DNA of 64,000 nucleotides, taken from positions 186,744,001 to 186,808,000 of the forward strand of contig OZ024740.1 of assembly GCA_964016885.1 (NCBI GenBank), given 5' to 3'. The position numbers were made by a program, and so were the translations under genes. Of the stretch, positions 13,341 to 25,760 are shown one piece after another. The DNA is from Eledone cirrhosa. Taxonomy: Eukaryota. Within the stretch, counting starts at the first letter, position 1. Each line of letters opens with the position of its first letter. The notes beneath the pieces were generated by a model. The model saw nothing but the letters and a program-made list of their open reading frames with translations. It was not told the DNA's origin and searched no databases.

Positions 13341-13624
13341 CTTCCCCTCTCTCTCTCTTTTCTCTCCCTCTATCTATGTGTCTATCTATCTGTATATATA
13401 TAAATAATATATATATGTATATATATATATATCTGGGAATGTATCTTACATTGCCCATGGAGTGCGCTGAGATACAACTGGTACTGGCATTGATAAATAC
13501 GGTGAGTCCGTCAACCCTTATTATTATATATATATATATATATATACACACACATATATATATATATTGTATGAATATATATATATATCATTCTTTGATA
13601 TACTCATTGAATCTTGTTTAACTC

Positions 13625-13690
<66 letters not shown>

Positions 13691-13694
<4 letters not shown>

Positions 13695-13749
13695 ATAATA
13701 ATAAATTTGAAGACTAAAATCCAAAGAGGGCTCGATAAGGATAAATATA
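13691..13749 (-). mobile_element. PLE family B extreme 3' tip, separated from its body by the Helitron-like insertion
   Basis: Matches 50698-50756 and joins seamlessly to 17287 onward. Confidence 0.85.
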
Positions 13750-14705
13750 CTAGACATGAAAAATGCGCAAGCTCAAAAGTGCCACAGAATGTTATAATAA
13801 ACCTTCAAAAGTGTGGGACTAGAGTTGTTGCTAAAAAATATTGTAATCATTATATATCGTACATTCTGTGGCATCCTTTATAAAAATAGCTTAAACCAAC
13901 GAAGCCTTTATTTTTACGCTATTTCACTTAGTTAATTCTTAGAGTGTAACATATAAAAATATGATTTACAACTATAAAATAAATTAATTAATATAATAAC
14001 AGAGCTGCGGAGCTGAAATTTAGGAAATAATGGAGTATCGGATCCTGAGTTGGAGCCAGTCAATTTTTGGCCGACTCCGCAGCCCTGTATAATACATTTC
14101 ATATTAAAGTTATTAATAAACCTATTTTACACTTCATGCAAATTACCACGAGATATTGATATTAGATATAAGATACAGCGCAATATCTACAGCTGTAAAA
14201 GTACGAAAGCGAAGTAATAATAAGTGGCTTAAGGTAATTCCAATATGAAAGTTTGTAGTGATAAAAATTTGATAATGCAATACGATTGTTAATATTATAG
14301 TTCTATGAAAATGTAACAATAGATAACTAAATTATTTTACTATTAGTATATTTAAGAAATTATCATTATAGATTTGATCGTTCATATAAGCATCATATTA
14401 AGTTTCAACACAATTATTTTGTTACTATGAGTATATGATAATAATATTACGTAATTATTTATAGCTGTTATTACATTAAACATAGATGTATTTATTTTTA
14501 TATGTTACACTCTAAGAATTAACTAAGTGAAATAGCGTAAAAATAAAGGCTTCGTTGGTTTAAGCTATTTTTATAAAGGATGCCACAGAATGTACGATAT
14601 ATAATGATTACAATATTTTTTAGCAACAACTCTAGTCCCACACATTTGAAGGTTTATTATAACATTCTGTGGCACATTTGAGCTTGCGCATTTTTCATGT
14701 CTAGT
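13749..14705. repeat. 213-bp inverted repeat (13749-13961 / 14493-14705)
   Basis: Two mismatches found by eye. Confidence 0.95.
14000..14087. mobile_element. 88-bp hAT-type MITE remnant
   Basis: Termini cagagctgcggag / ctccgcagccctg; 8-bp flanks tataataa / tataatac (TSD with one mismatch). Confidence 0.7.
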
Positions 14706-15295
14706 TTAATATTTTTTTAAGGCAACGCTTGTAATAACTCTAGTTAAACAGGATATATATTAATAATAAATTATCGTTGTAATGTAATTAGATTATGTAA
14801 TTGTTATTATAAATTATCTTATAAATATTAGTGTAAGATGTATAAAAATATTTTCAGACTTTTAATATAAACAACTACAAAAAACAATCAATATTAAATC
14901 AATATATTATACATAATAGAAAACATAAAATATACAATACAAAAACAAAATATTTACATACAATTGCAATTATCAGTGTATATACATTTTCTTTATATTC
15001 CCTGAGCAAATTAATAAGATTTGTTTTTATTGTACATAATTTGATGACTTGTTGGAGTGTATTAAAAGATAGCAACAATTTGTGATTAAATTGTTATCTT
15101 AAGCAACTCACTTTTTAATAGTTGTTGGCTGAGCGAAATTGTAAAAGCCTATGAGCAAATATAAAAAAAAATACACAAACAACATTTCCTTGTGTTATTA
15201 CAACATTAGATAAAATAATTGAGCAATGTCGTTATATTTTGCTCTTATTGCACATTAATAGTGTTTCTATTTTTCGGCACAAATCCATTACGGCA

Positions 15296-15428
15296 GTCCA
15301 TTACTGGTACTTTATTTTATCGAATTAGTAAGTATGAAAGTCGAAGTTAACCTCGGCAGGATTTGAACTTAGAATGCAAAGGACCATAACAATACTGCAA
15401 AGCATGGTGTCTGACGCTCTACCAATAC
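15296..15428 (-). mobile_element. SINE (main family) inside the Helitron-like element
   Basis: Reverse complement of the core and B box. A shorter piece lies at about 16245-16292. Confidence 0.75.
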
Positions 15429-15822
15429 TTGTGTTGAGCTGGTCATTAATTTATGGTGGTCGTGCGTGGAGTAGAGCAATCGGTAGTTGAAATATTATGA
15501 ACAAAACATTTTTATTTGCCGAAGAACATATTTTCAATACTGTTTGTGAATGTGACGAAGGAAATACATTCTGATATGGAACAGTGTACAAAGTGTGTCT
15601 GTGAATAACATAATGTTACCTCATGTTGTTGTCAAGACATAATGAATTTCGTATATCCAGTTAGAAGATGAAACCTAGCCATCTCGGATTAGTTATATTT
15701 CATGCCATGTGTAAACGTGTTTGAGGATAGCAAAATATGCGCGTTAATTATAATAATTAGTTAATAATATTACAAAATATACCTAATTAAACTCTTTGCT
15801 TGAAATTTTATCATTCTTCGTT

Positions 15823-15881
<59 letters not shown>

Positions 15882-16655
15882 TTATCTAGTCCTTCGCTCA
15901 AGATTAATCTATAAGTTTAGATGTTTGCCTTCGTTTAAGTAAATATTACAGTAAGATTTTTAATATAAACAACTACAAAAAACAATTAATATTAAAACGA
16001 AAAAATTATCAATGATAAAAGAAGCGGATGCAACTTTTTTTTTTATAAAGTTATATTCCTGTTTCTTTAAAGAACATTTCATTTTTGTTCTATTGTAGGC
16101 GAAATAATGCAATGGTTTAATAGGGAAGATATAACTTACGAATTATGTCTCTAACCGTGTAACGCTTTTTAAGTAGATAACTACAATTGAAAATACTAAA
16201 GAAATGGAACCAACAATTCAATTTGAAAGTCGTCTAGTGACAGTGTATTACTGGTACTTTATTTTATCGACCCCGTAACGATGAAAGGCAAAAATGCAAA
16301 TGCTTAAAATTTAAATTGCCTTAATTCTATCGTCTGCTGTTTCATTAAAGGGAGATTATCGTCTGTATTTAATTCTATCGTCTACTGTTCCACTAAACAG
16401 ATATACCTCCACTATCGTCTCTATTTATACATTTTAACTTATAACTTATACACATTTGATTTGAAATATTTTATCTAGTCCCCCCCTCTCAATATTATGA
16501 TGATTTCTTTCGAATGAAACAGTTCTAGTCCTGTAGAAGCCATTTATATATATAATTGAACTGAGTTAAAAATTCACAATATTTATAATTAAATAAGCTC
16601 ATATATATATGTGTGTATTTATCTGTTTATTGTATTATATATAATGTGTGTATAT

Positions 16656-16745
16656 ACAGGATGTCCCCCAAAAATATATACACACTTTAACAGCATTCTA
16701 ATAACTATTGCCTGTACAGGTAATCAAAGTGTCAATCGAATGTTA
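16656..16745 (+). mobile_element. Possible Tc1/mariner MITE end
   Basis: ta|caggatgtcccc resembles the TA-CAGGGTGTCCC terminus; partner end not found. Confidence 0.35.
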
Positions 16746-17332
16746 GTTTCGTGTTTTAACAGTACAAATTTACAATACACACATAAAACCAGTGTATATA
16801 CATACATGAGTGTGTATACACATACATGAATGTGTATATACAATATATATGTATATATATATAGACACATATATTCACGGTGCAACGGTACATTAAAATA
16901 TAGATGCGGGAGAGGGGGGGTGTATATATAGGGGCGCTGGGGATAAAGGAGTGTAAAGCGTGTGTAATTGATATATTGAAGGAGAGGAGCGTGCAGCGAT
17001 AGAGTAACAAATATATAGAGAGGGGGAGAGATGGTATTGAAGGGGAGGAGTGCAAACCGAAAGAGTAAGAGATATATATAGAGACGGAACAGATAGAGAG
17101 AAACAGGCGTAAGTAACAGTGGAAGAGATATAGAGAGAGGTACTCTGATTGGTTGAAAATTAGCCAATGACATACGATCACCACCACCACGGCTATCCCC
17201 GAAAAATTTTTATAGAAGCTAGGCATATATGTTAGAACACGAAAAGTGAACATTCTGTTGTTTCACACTTTTCGTGTTCTAACAGATATCAAATATATAA
17301 GAACCGTAGAGCAAATATTTATTAAAATAACA

Positions 17333-17402
17333 GATTAAAGTTTAAGCAAAGAATCGCTGCTTTCACCCTTAACGGGATCTTCTGAAACTAACAAAGTCAA
17401 TA
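17333..17402 (-). ncRNA. Variant hammerhead (family B, CAGAAGA core)
   Basis: Reverse complement of 20231-20300. Confidence 0.65.
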
Positions 17403-17567
17403 TGTAAACGCAGAACTGGATATTTCAAAAAACGTTGCAACCGGAAGAAGACAGGAAGACGATACTTTGGTTCGTGGAAACGTTCGCTATGCAAATAAGT
17501 AAAGGTATAAACAATACATATACTTAGCTCCCACATCAAGACGTAAAATATCCACGTATAGATCGTA

Positions 17568-18506
17568 CTATCCGTTAGGGTATAACGTGGGGCTGTAATA
17601 CAGGAAAGTTTTGTGCAATTTATGTTTACAAGCCGAAATTGCCTCAGATTTTTTGTTTAAGATGTGGTCTGTGGCGTAGTGTATTTCCAGGACCTCAGCG
17701 GCGCAGAGGTCACATGGTCTTTTATTTCCGTTATACGATCTAGCCCTAGCTAGGATCTCCCAGTGTAACTTATATTGGGTGTGGTTGTCTTTTAGACTCC
17801 TGATATAAGCTGAAAGTGACGTCATATTCCTTCTTAGAGGGTAACGAAAAGAATGGGTATGCATGTAAAGACGCTGCTTGAAACTATTGGCGGTTAACCC
17901 TATGTAAGTCCTACGGGACGTGGGTGTTACAACCTTACATTTGTAGACAATGTTACTAGAGAGGCATTTCCCGGATAGGGGGCAATCAGCCCGATTCCTA
18001 CAATTACAGTTAGTACTAACTACAGGGTTGCACGTGTTCCTACGGCTAGGTAGTTTAGCTAAATTTGAAGTTGTGATGTTATGTGCGAGGTTAGGATTCG
18101 TAGAGTAAGAAATATTAATAGTATTTCTATTAAAAATTTTACTATATTTATGTGTAGGGGGAAAATGCTTCGTAATAAGGGAAAGAAAGATCTTAGCTAA
18201 TGGTGTGGCCACTTCCGTATTATATGGTGGGTTATACCAACAAATGCGACGGGGTCTATTACTTCTAGGTCTATTTTCGTACTCTGTATATGCTGTTACC
18301 TTATCGACAAATCCACTTCGAGCAAGAGCTTCGTTGTAATAAGTGGAATGGTCGTTGAAAATACGCTCGTTGGTGGAAAGACGGAAAAGCCTCAGCGAAA
18401 CGTTTCTTACCAGGTTCTTGGTTATGCTGGCAGGATGGTTGGAATGCTTACTTATGTAATTAAGCGTATCATTCGGCTTTCTATACGGGTAATACACCCC
18501 ATTCAA
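17568..18506 (-). CDS. PLE polyprotein C-terminal fragment: RT thumb, Cys-rich linker and GIY-YIG endonuclease (5'-truncated)
   Basis: YRKPND..YISKHSNHP, WYNPPY, KHFP, IFNRNTINISYS, CNCRNRADCPLSGKC, IVY...YIG...FKQR, CDLCAAE, LNKKSE, CKH. Confidence 0.85.
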   Translation of the reverse strand: MNGVYYPYRKPNDTLNYISKHSNHPASITKNLVRNVSLRLFRLSTNERIFNDHSTYYNEALARSGFVDKVTAYTEYENRPRSNRPRRICWYNPPYNTEVATPLAKIFLSLITKHFPPTHKYSKIFNRNTINISYSTNPNLAHNITTSNLAKLPSRRNTCNPVVSTNCNCRNRADCPLSGKCLSSNIVYKCKVVTPTSRRTYIGLTANSFKQRLYMHTHSFRYPLRRNMTSLSAYIRSLKDNHTQYKLHWEILARARSYNGNKRPCDLCAAEVLEIHYATDHILNKKSEAISACKHKLHKTFLYYSPTLYPNG

Positions 18507-18581
18507 AAAATTGAGGGTAACGTCGAGGTAATAAACGACCGAAAGATTGGCCTCAACCTGTATAGAGAGGTTGAAGCCTTT

Positions 18582-20314
18582 TTTCCGAACAATCCAATTT
18601 TCCGAACAACCCCTCTATTCGGCTTATTAACCCTACGAAGTCCGATTTAGGTAGACTTAGTAAAACGATTCTTGATAGAATTATACCTGAAATTAGAAGT
18701 TTGGCCCCTCTTGCACTGTGGAACAATCCTTTCGCGGTGATTGATTGGTTCAACGGCATATGTAACAAGGAGCATTGCCGTTTTATCCAATTCGCATCAA
18801 CAATTATTACTCCTCCATCACTTTACCACTTCTCCTTAGAGCTATCAATTTCGCTAAAACACTGACTGTGGTTAAGGATTTCGAAATTGATGTCATCCTC
18901 AATGCCCGAAAGTCGGTGATTAATTTCGACGACTCTATTTGGATTAAAAAATCCAATAGTACCCCATTAGACGTGAGTATGGGCGGCAGTGATTTTGCGG
19001 AGGTTACTGATCTTATTGGCCTTTCCCTCTTTTCTCTATCAAGGATGAATTCCCCAACTCGGGCGGTGGTTTGTACCGTGACAATGGTCTTTTGACCATG
19101 ACTAAGTGCAGACCTCGTGCTTGCGACAGGTTCAGAAAAGAACGCACAGCCTTCTTTAAAGGCTTCAACCTCTCTATACAGGTTGAGGCCAATCTCTCGG
19201 TCGTTAATTACCTCGACGTTACCCTCAATTTATTGAATGGGTTGTATTACCCGTATAGAAAGCCGAATGATACGCTTAATTACATAAGTAAGCATTCCAA
19301 CCATCCTGCCAGCATAACAGAGAACCTGGTAAGAAACGTTTCGTTGAGGCTTTCCCGTCTTTCCACCAACGAGCGTATTTTCAACGACCATTCCACTTAT
19401 TACAACGAAGCTCTTGCTCGAAGTGGATTTGTCGATCAGGTAGCATATTCAGAGTACGAACATAGACCTAGAAGTAATAGACCCCGTCGCATTTGTTGGT
19501 ATAACCCATCATATAATATGGAGGTGGCCACACCATTAGCTAAGATCTTTCTTTCCATTATTACGAAGCATTTTCCCCCTACACATAAATATAGTAAAAA
19601 TGTTAATAGAAATACTATTAAAATTTTTTACTCTACGACTCCTAACCTTGCCCCCTATCCGGGAAATGCCTCTCTAGTAACATTGTCTACAAATGTAAGG
19701 TTGTAACACCTACGTCCCGTAGGGCCTACATAGGTTTAACCGCCAATAGTTTCAAGCAGCGTCTTTACATGCATACCCATTCTTTTCGTTACCCTCTAAG
19801 AAGGAATATGACGTCACTTTAAGCTTATATCTGGAGTCTAAAAGACAACCACATCCAATATAAGTTACACTGGGAGATCCTAGCTAGGGCTAGATCGTAT
19901 AACGGAAATAAAAGACCATGTGACCTCTGCGCCGCTGAGGTCCTGGAAATACTCTACGCCACAGACCACATCTTAAACAAAAAATCTGAGGCAATTTCGG
20001 CTTGTAAACATAAATTGCACAAAACTTTCCTGTATTACAGCCCCACGTTATACCCTAACGGATAGTACGATCTATACGTGGATATTTTACGTCTTGATGT
20101 GGGAGCTAAGTATATGTTTTGTTTATACCTTTACTTATTTGCATAGCGAACGTTTCCACGAACCATAGTATCGTCTTCCTGTCTTCGTCCGGTTGCAACG
20201 TTTTTTGAAATATCCAGTTCTGCGTTTACAGATTGACTTTGTTAGTTTCAGAAGATCCCGTTAAGGGTGAAAGCAGCGATTCTTTGCTTAAACTTTAATC
20301 TGTTATTTTAATAA

Positions 20315-20318
<4 letters not shown>
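18582..20318 (+). mobile_element. PLE family B, right arm (RT core to 3' UTR), frameshifted, with an approximately 100-bp deletion near 19648
   Basis: NFPNNPSIRLINPTKSDLGRLSKTILD; LDVSMGGSDFAEVTDLIGL; GLYRDNGL (YRDD motif with D>N); VNYLDVTLNL. Ends in (TA)n. Confidence 0.92.
20231..20300 (+). ncRNA. Variant type I hammerhead (family B)
   Basis: gattga-ctttgtt-agttt-CAGAAGA-t-ccc-gttaa-ggg-t-GAAA-gcagcgattctttgc-TT/aaact-ttaatc: bulged stem I, stem II, stem III and a CUU triplet. Core U4 is replaced by A. Confidence 0.7.
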
Positions 20319-20391
<73 letters not shown>

Positions 20392-20774
20392 CTATTAACA
20401 GCTATTAACAGAGAACAATGGACAGAGAAATGAACTACCTTCTCTGAATGAACATGTATATGGAAATTCCTTTTTCTTCCCCTTTTTATTATTATTTTTA
20501 TCACTTTTTGTACAAATATGCAACTTAACAATATTCTGTATATCCGCAATTGACAATGCATATAATGCTGAAACCGGTATTGTAAATAAATTAATGCTTT
20601 GATATTTCACTGAAAGAATCTTTTCAACATTCTCTACTGAAAAAATCTTCTTCCTTTCTACTATTTATTTTTATATATATCAACTCGTGTGTTTCTTTTC
20701 TACATTCGATATATTTATATATAACATATTGAGTGGCTTTTTTAACTGTGGTCACTTCCCAATATACATCAGAA

Positions 20775-20826
<52 letters not shown>

Positions 20827-20898
20827 GTGTAACATCATCATCATCATTATCTATTTTAATGTCATATATATATATATATATTATTATTATTATAGAAA

Positions 20899-21297
20899 GG
20901 GCGGTGGATTGGCAGTATCGGTAGAGGGCCGGACGCCATGCTTTGACGCATAAAGTTACGGTCCTTGCCATTCTGAGTTCAAATCCCGCCGAGGTTAACT
21001 TTGCCTTTCATCCTTACGGGGTCGATAAAATAAAGTACCAGTAATGTACTGGAATAATTGCTGGCCTTGTGCCAAAAGTAGAAACAATTATTATTATAGA
21101 AAGGCGGTGGATTGGCAGTATCGGTAGAGGGTCGGACGCCATGCTTTCCAGCATAGTTACGTCCCTTTACGATCTGAGTTCAAATCCCGCCGAAGTTGAC
21201 TTTGCCTTTCATCCTTACGGGGTCGATAAAATAAAGTACCAGTAATACACTCGGTAATTGCTGGCCTTGTGCCTAACGTAGAAACAATTATTATTAT
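20899..21297 (+). mobile_element. Head-to-tail dimer of the main tRNA-derived SINE
   Basis: Two full units (about 20899-21097 and 21103-21297) with A box 'tggcagtatcggtag' and B box 'gagttcaaatccc'; 'ttattattatagaaa' occurs before, between and after the units. Confidence 0.9.
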
Positions 21298-21654
21298 AGA
21301 AATAATACTACATGACTAGGACTGTTTCATTTATAACTCATCATCATTATGAATGAAAATGTTCTAGTGCTGTAGAAGTTATTTCTATAATACAATACAT
21401 ATGCATATACTCTACTAACATATTGAGTGGCTTTTTTAACTGTGGTCACCTCCCAATATACATCAGAAACACACACACACACATATATATATGTGCGTGA
21501 GTGTATGTAGCAAATGCTTGTTGATTTTAACAAACATATACTCCAGTGCTCAATTGACTACATAATCACTGAATTAAGTAACAAACTTTATATTATGGTG
21601 AGATGTCAGAGTTGTTATAGTGTAGGACAAAATAGCTGATGTTATTTGTTCTAG

Positions 21655-21848
21655 AGGTCGGTGGATTGGCAGTATCAGTAGGGGGTCGGACGCCATGCTT
21701 TGATGCATAGAGTTACGGCCCTTGCCATTCTGAGTTCAAATCCCGCCGAGGTTAACTTTACCTTTCATCCTTACGGGGTCGATAAAATAAAGTACCAGTA
21801 ATGTACTGGGTAATTGCTGGCCTTGTGCCAAAAGTAGAAACAGTTATT
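21655..21848 (+). mobile_element. SINE (main family), full length
   Basis: Closely similar to 20899-21097. Confidence 0.9.
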
Positions 21849-24704
21849 TGTTCTAGCTCTATACACTCTGTGTTTAAATCCTATCAAGGACATGGGCAGG
21901 AGATTGACATAATAGTTAGTGTTGGATTCTGAGTTTAAATCTCACTGATGGCCTATATAGAATTAGACTTAATACATTGCTCAGTTGAATGTCATTAACA
22001 GAGTCCACTCTGTTGCAAGATTTTGGACAAAGTCTCCAGTTTAAAGGATACTATCTTGCCCCCTCTCTCTCATCAGTTTCAGAAGTTCTGAAAAGGTTAG
22101 AAAGGCTGTTTAGTGTCCTCCACTCCCTACTACCAGGCTAAACAATACGATATAACATATAAACTTCTACTACTAAATTCATCCACTTTTTTGTGGTGAC
22201 ATGATAAAACCTTTCCATCACACATGATCCAACATTAACTGCCTCATTTCTTCACTGGATAATTCCGTGTCTTCCTGAATGACTCTCTTTATTGCCTTGA
22301 GAGATCTTTTGCATTTCCCATTGCATTTCACTTTAATGGGGCCCATAATAAAAGTCATCAACATCATACACTTCTATTTTATTGCAATCTTCAGAAAAAG
22401 CAGCACAACACTGTTACAAACTGTGCACATGAAACACAAGTATAATCCATCTACCAGGTTTCCATTTAGTTTCTGTTACAATGTTTTAGTTAATCTGAGG
22501 CTATGGTAAAAGACATTCAAAGTACCACCCAGTTGGATAGTACACAAAACTATTTAATTGCAAAGGGGACCACTTAGTACCCATGGCCATACTCACGTAT
22601 TATGCCTGTGTGTGTGTGTTTGTATGTATGTTTGTCCCTATGAGTTATCATACCAGTACAATTTGCTAAACATGGGTGATATATACCATACTTAGAGTTA
22701 TATTATGGGTTGACATCAGGAAGGGCATCCAGCCAAAGAAAGACAACCTCAAAAAATGTCTGGTCCCACCTAAGTTAACATGTAAAGGTGGATGTAAAAA
22801 CAATAATGATGACGAGAAGGAGAACATATGTAGTGGCACTTAAGTCTCATAAATGTTTTAAACAAAATAATGTTTTGTAGAATTACAAAGACTTAAAATA
22901 AGAAAATATTTCAATATGGAAGCATAAAATAAAATAAATAAATAATCAAATATTGTAATTTTGCCAAAGATCTTTTATTTGAAAAAAACATTTACAAGAA
23001 CTAACATTCTTGTGTATAAACTATATCTGCTTTGTTTTGTTTTATTTTGTTTATGTGTGAGCATTTGTATGTGTGTGTGGTTTGTCATAGTTGTGTTTTA
23101 TCATTCTATGAAAATTTTCAACTTTCTTGTTTATTCAACCAGTACAAGTATTAGAAGTTTGGTTCACAATGAAAAGAAAGTTGAAAAGTTAAATCCATAG
23201 CTACATTATATAAGACATATATCAACTTAATAAAAAAAGACACAAGAGACCATGTATTTCACAAGCTAAGAATTTATGGCCATTTCATAGCCTTTTAGCT
23301 AGGTTCAAAGTGTTATGTCACGTTATTTTAGTACTGATACAGACTTTCATGTATATTGAATGTATCAGTAAAACAAGTCATTATGATAGACTTTTTAACA
23401 TCCAACACTCTTCAGGTACCAAATATGTTCTCTATATCAACCACTCATTATGACATCAGTGAATTTTGGTGCAAGTTATTAACTCAATGAAATGTAATCA
23501 ACAATTGATGTAGGCATACAGCATCATGATTTAATAATGGCCATAAGTGTAAAACATCAAGAAACTACTTTTCATTATATAAAAATATATATATAATAAT
23601 TAGATAATAATTTAGAAAATTCTCTACTTTCAATCACCTTCAACTCTGAGGTAGTCAAAGCAATGATGTTTTGGGGATATACATTGTTGCAAGAAAAAGC
23701 ATGAAAAGAGAGAAAATAGATTATTTTTGTTATTACCAGCAATAAGTAGTTTGGCTAACTGAGATAAGTGGTATTATGAGAACCTGAGAAAAAATTAGAA
23801 TAAAATCAAGACCAATGATTTGAGTAACAGAAGCTCTCTGTCTCATTGGTTACAAGTGTGAAGATCTATACAGTACTTTAAAAAAAAACATGTGAGCATT
23901 GGCATTGGAAAGGGCATCTAGTGGTAGAATTCTGTATTATAAAATCTTGTTTCACCCAATCGCTGTCAGCATGGAAAAATGAATGTAAAAATGATGATCA
24001 TCATGATAATAACTCTAGTAATTTTCTTATAACTTCCAATGTCATGCTATACTTAGCAAAATTCTGAACTGCAGGTGTTCAAAGTGTGAGCAATGCAAAG
24101 GGAACTTACACAAAGCAGCACAGACAGCCTATTTTATTTAAAATATTTAAAGTATGATAAATTGATCTTTATAACATTGCTATCTCAAAATTTCATTTAT
24201 CTTAATGGAACTTCAACGAATGACATTAATTACACAGCCAACAAAAAATAATCAAATTAATTACTCGTACATAATTAACAAGAATTAATATAATATCAAC
24301 CACATGCTCAACTAAAATTCACATGTCTAAAACGAAAGTATCATAAGTTTCCCTTTAGACATATCCTACAGCTCATATTTTTCTAAATGTAATTCCATTT
24401 TCCTAATAGGTGGATTCGAAGTTAATCACTGAATCATGACTTTGTATTTTGCATGCCATAAGCATTGCATGATACTTGATTCTGTTTGTCTTGTAACAGT
24501 TTCATGTCTAATTACAAATTTATTATTATGAATTTTTATTTAACATGTCGAAATTCATTTTAAATTAATACTTGATGATTAATTCTTAATACTAGGTGTT
24601 AAATAACTTTTTTTTATAACATAAATATATAAACTATATTAGAAAAATCTGTAATTATGTTTCACATACACATACACACATATGCACACATGCACACAAT
24701 GATG

Positions 24705-24791
<87 letters not shown>

Positions 24792-25006
24792 ATACATATA
24801 CATATATATATATATATGTAATACATATACATATATATATAAATATATAGACCATGCATACAAAAATGATTTAAGGAAAAATATTTCAACCAAGCTTGGA
24901 TTAAGATAAATCAAGTAAAAGTGACGTATGCAAAATATTCTTAATAGATTCAAATGTGCATTGTATTTGTAAAAAGAAAAAAAAGCAACAGTTGTGAGCA
25001 ATCATT

Positions 25007-25300
25007 GTCATCATCGTCATTTTACTTGTGCTTTTCCATGCTTGCATGTGTTGGATAAGTCTTTTCAGTACAGTATCCCTCCACTCTTGGCAGACTTCCA
25101 TAATTTCCTTTGTTACCTTTAGTGATTTGAACTCAGCTCTCACAAACTTTGCCCAGGTCTTCTTTGATCTCCTTCTACTGCAGCTACGTTCCATTTGGAT
25201 TTCCTTGCAGTTCTTCACCCAGTGATTATCATTCATATGTATCACATGTCCATACCAGTAAAGTCTTCTCTCCTGCATATTACGTCTGTTTGTTCTTATA
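25007..25300 (-). mobile_element. RTE 3' fragment
   Basis: ORF 24901-25278: QERRLYWYGHVIHM...KKTW. Confidence 0.8.
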
Positions 25301-25594
25301 CCCAGCTTTCACACACAATTGACAATGGAACAACAGCATGTATTTTAGGGCCATTTTTCCCTGCTAAAGTAAGGGTGAGTCATGTAGCTTCCAAGACAGA
25401 TATTGCAATCTCATCATGAGACCAAGTAGTGCTATGAAACTGTGTGACAGGTTACATACTTCAGTATTTACCTCTAATATATTTATTTAAGCTGTTAGAT
25501 TTGTCTGTCGAGTTTGTTGCTGATCATTCAACTGTTTCATCCAAACATTTGTATAATGAACCACTTCCAGCTGAAAGAAATATTGACTTTTAAT

Positions 25595-25760
25595 TTAGGC
25601 ACAAGGCCTGCAAACTTTGGAGAAGAGTAAAGTTGATTAAATGAGTCCAACTACTTGACAGATACTGTATTTTATCGATTCTGAAAGAATGAAAGGCAAA
25701 GGTGACCTCAGCAAAATTTGAATTTTATCCAATGCTCTACGAATTCTGCCATTCCACCAT
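25595..25760 (-). mobile_element. SINE (main family), decayed
   Basis: Reverse complement of the tail and core. Confidence 0.7.

Larger units (their letters stand above)
13750..17286 (-). mobile_element. Non-autonomous Helitron-like element, 3.5 kb
   Basis: Minus strand begins TC(tgttagaac) at 17286 and ends CTAG at 13750, inserted between A and T with no TSD. Rejoining the flanks gives ggataaatata|tatcaaatatataagaacc, identical to the uninterrupted copy at 50746-50775. No RepHel ORF. Confidence 0.75.
17287..18581 (-). mobile_element. PLE family B, left arm (RT C-terminus, GIY-YIG, 3' UTR)
   Basis: ORF 17568-18506; 17315-18581 is the reverse complement of 19158-20318. Confidence 0.92.

Noticed and set aside
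20899-20990. tRNA gene
   Set aside because: The A and B boxes belong to a SINE head; no cloverleaf.
25472-25570. 99-nt candidate exon on the minus strand (tttctttcag ... gag|gtaaat)
   Set aside because: Stops in all three frames and no recognisable product; could only be a non-coding or terminal exon and needs RNA data.
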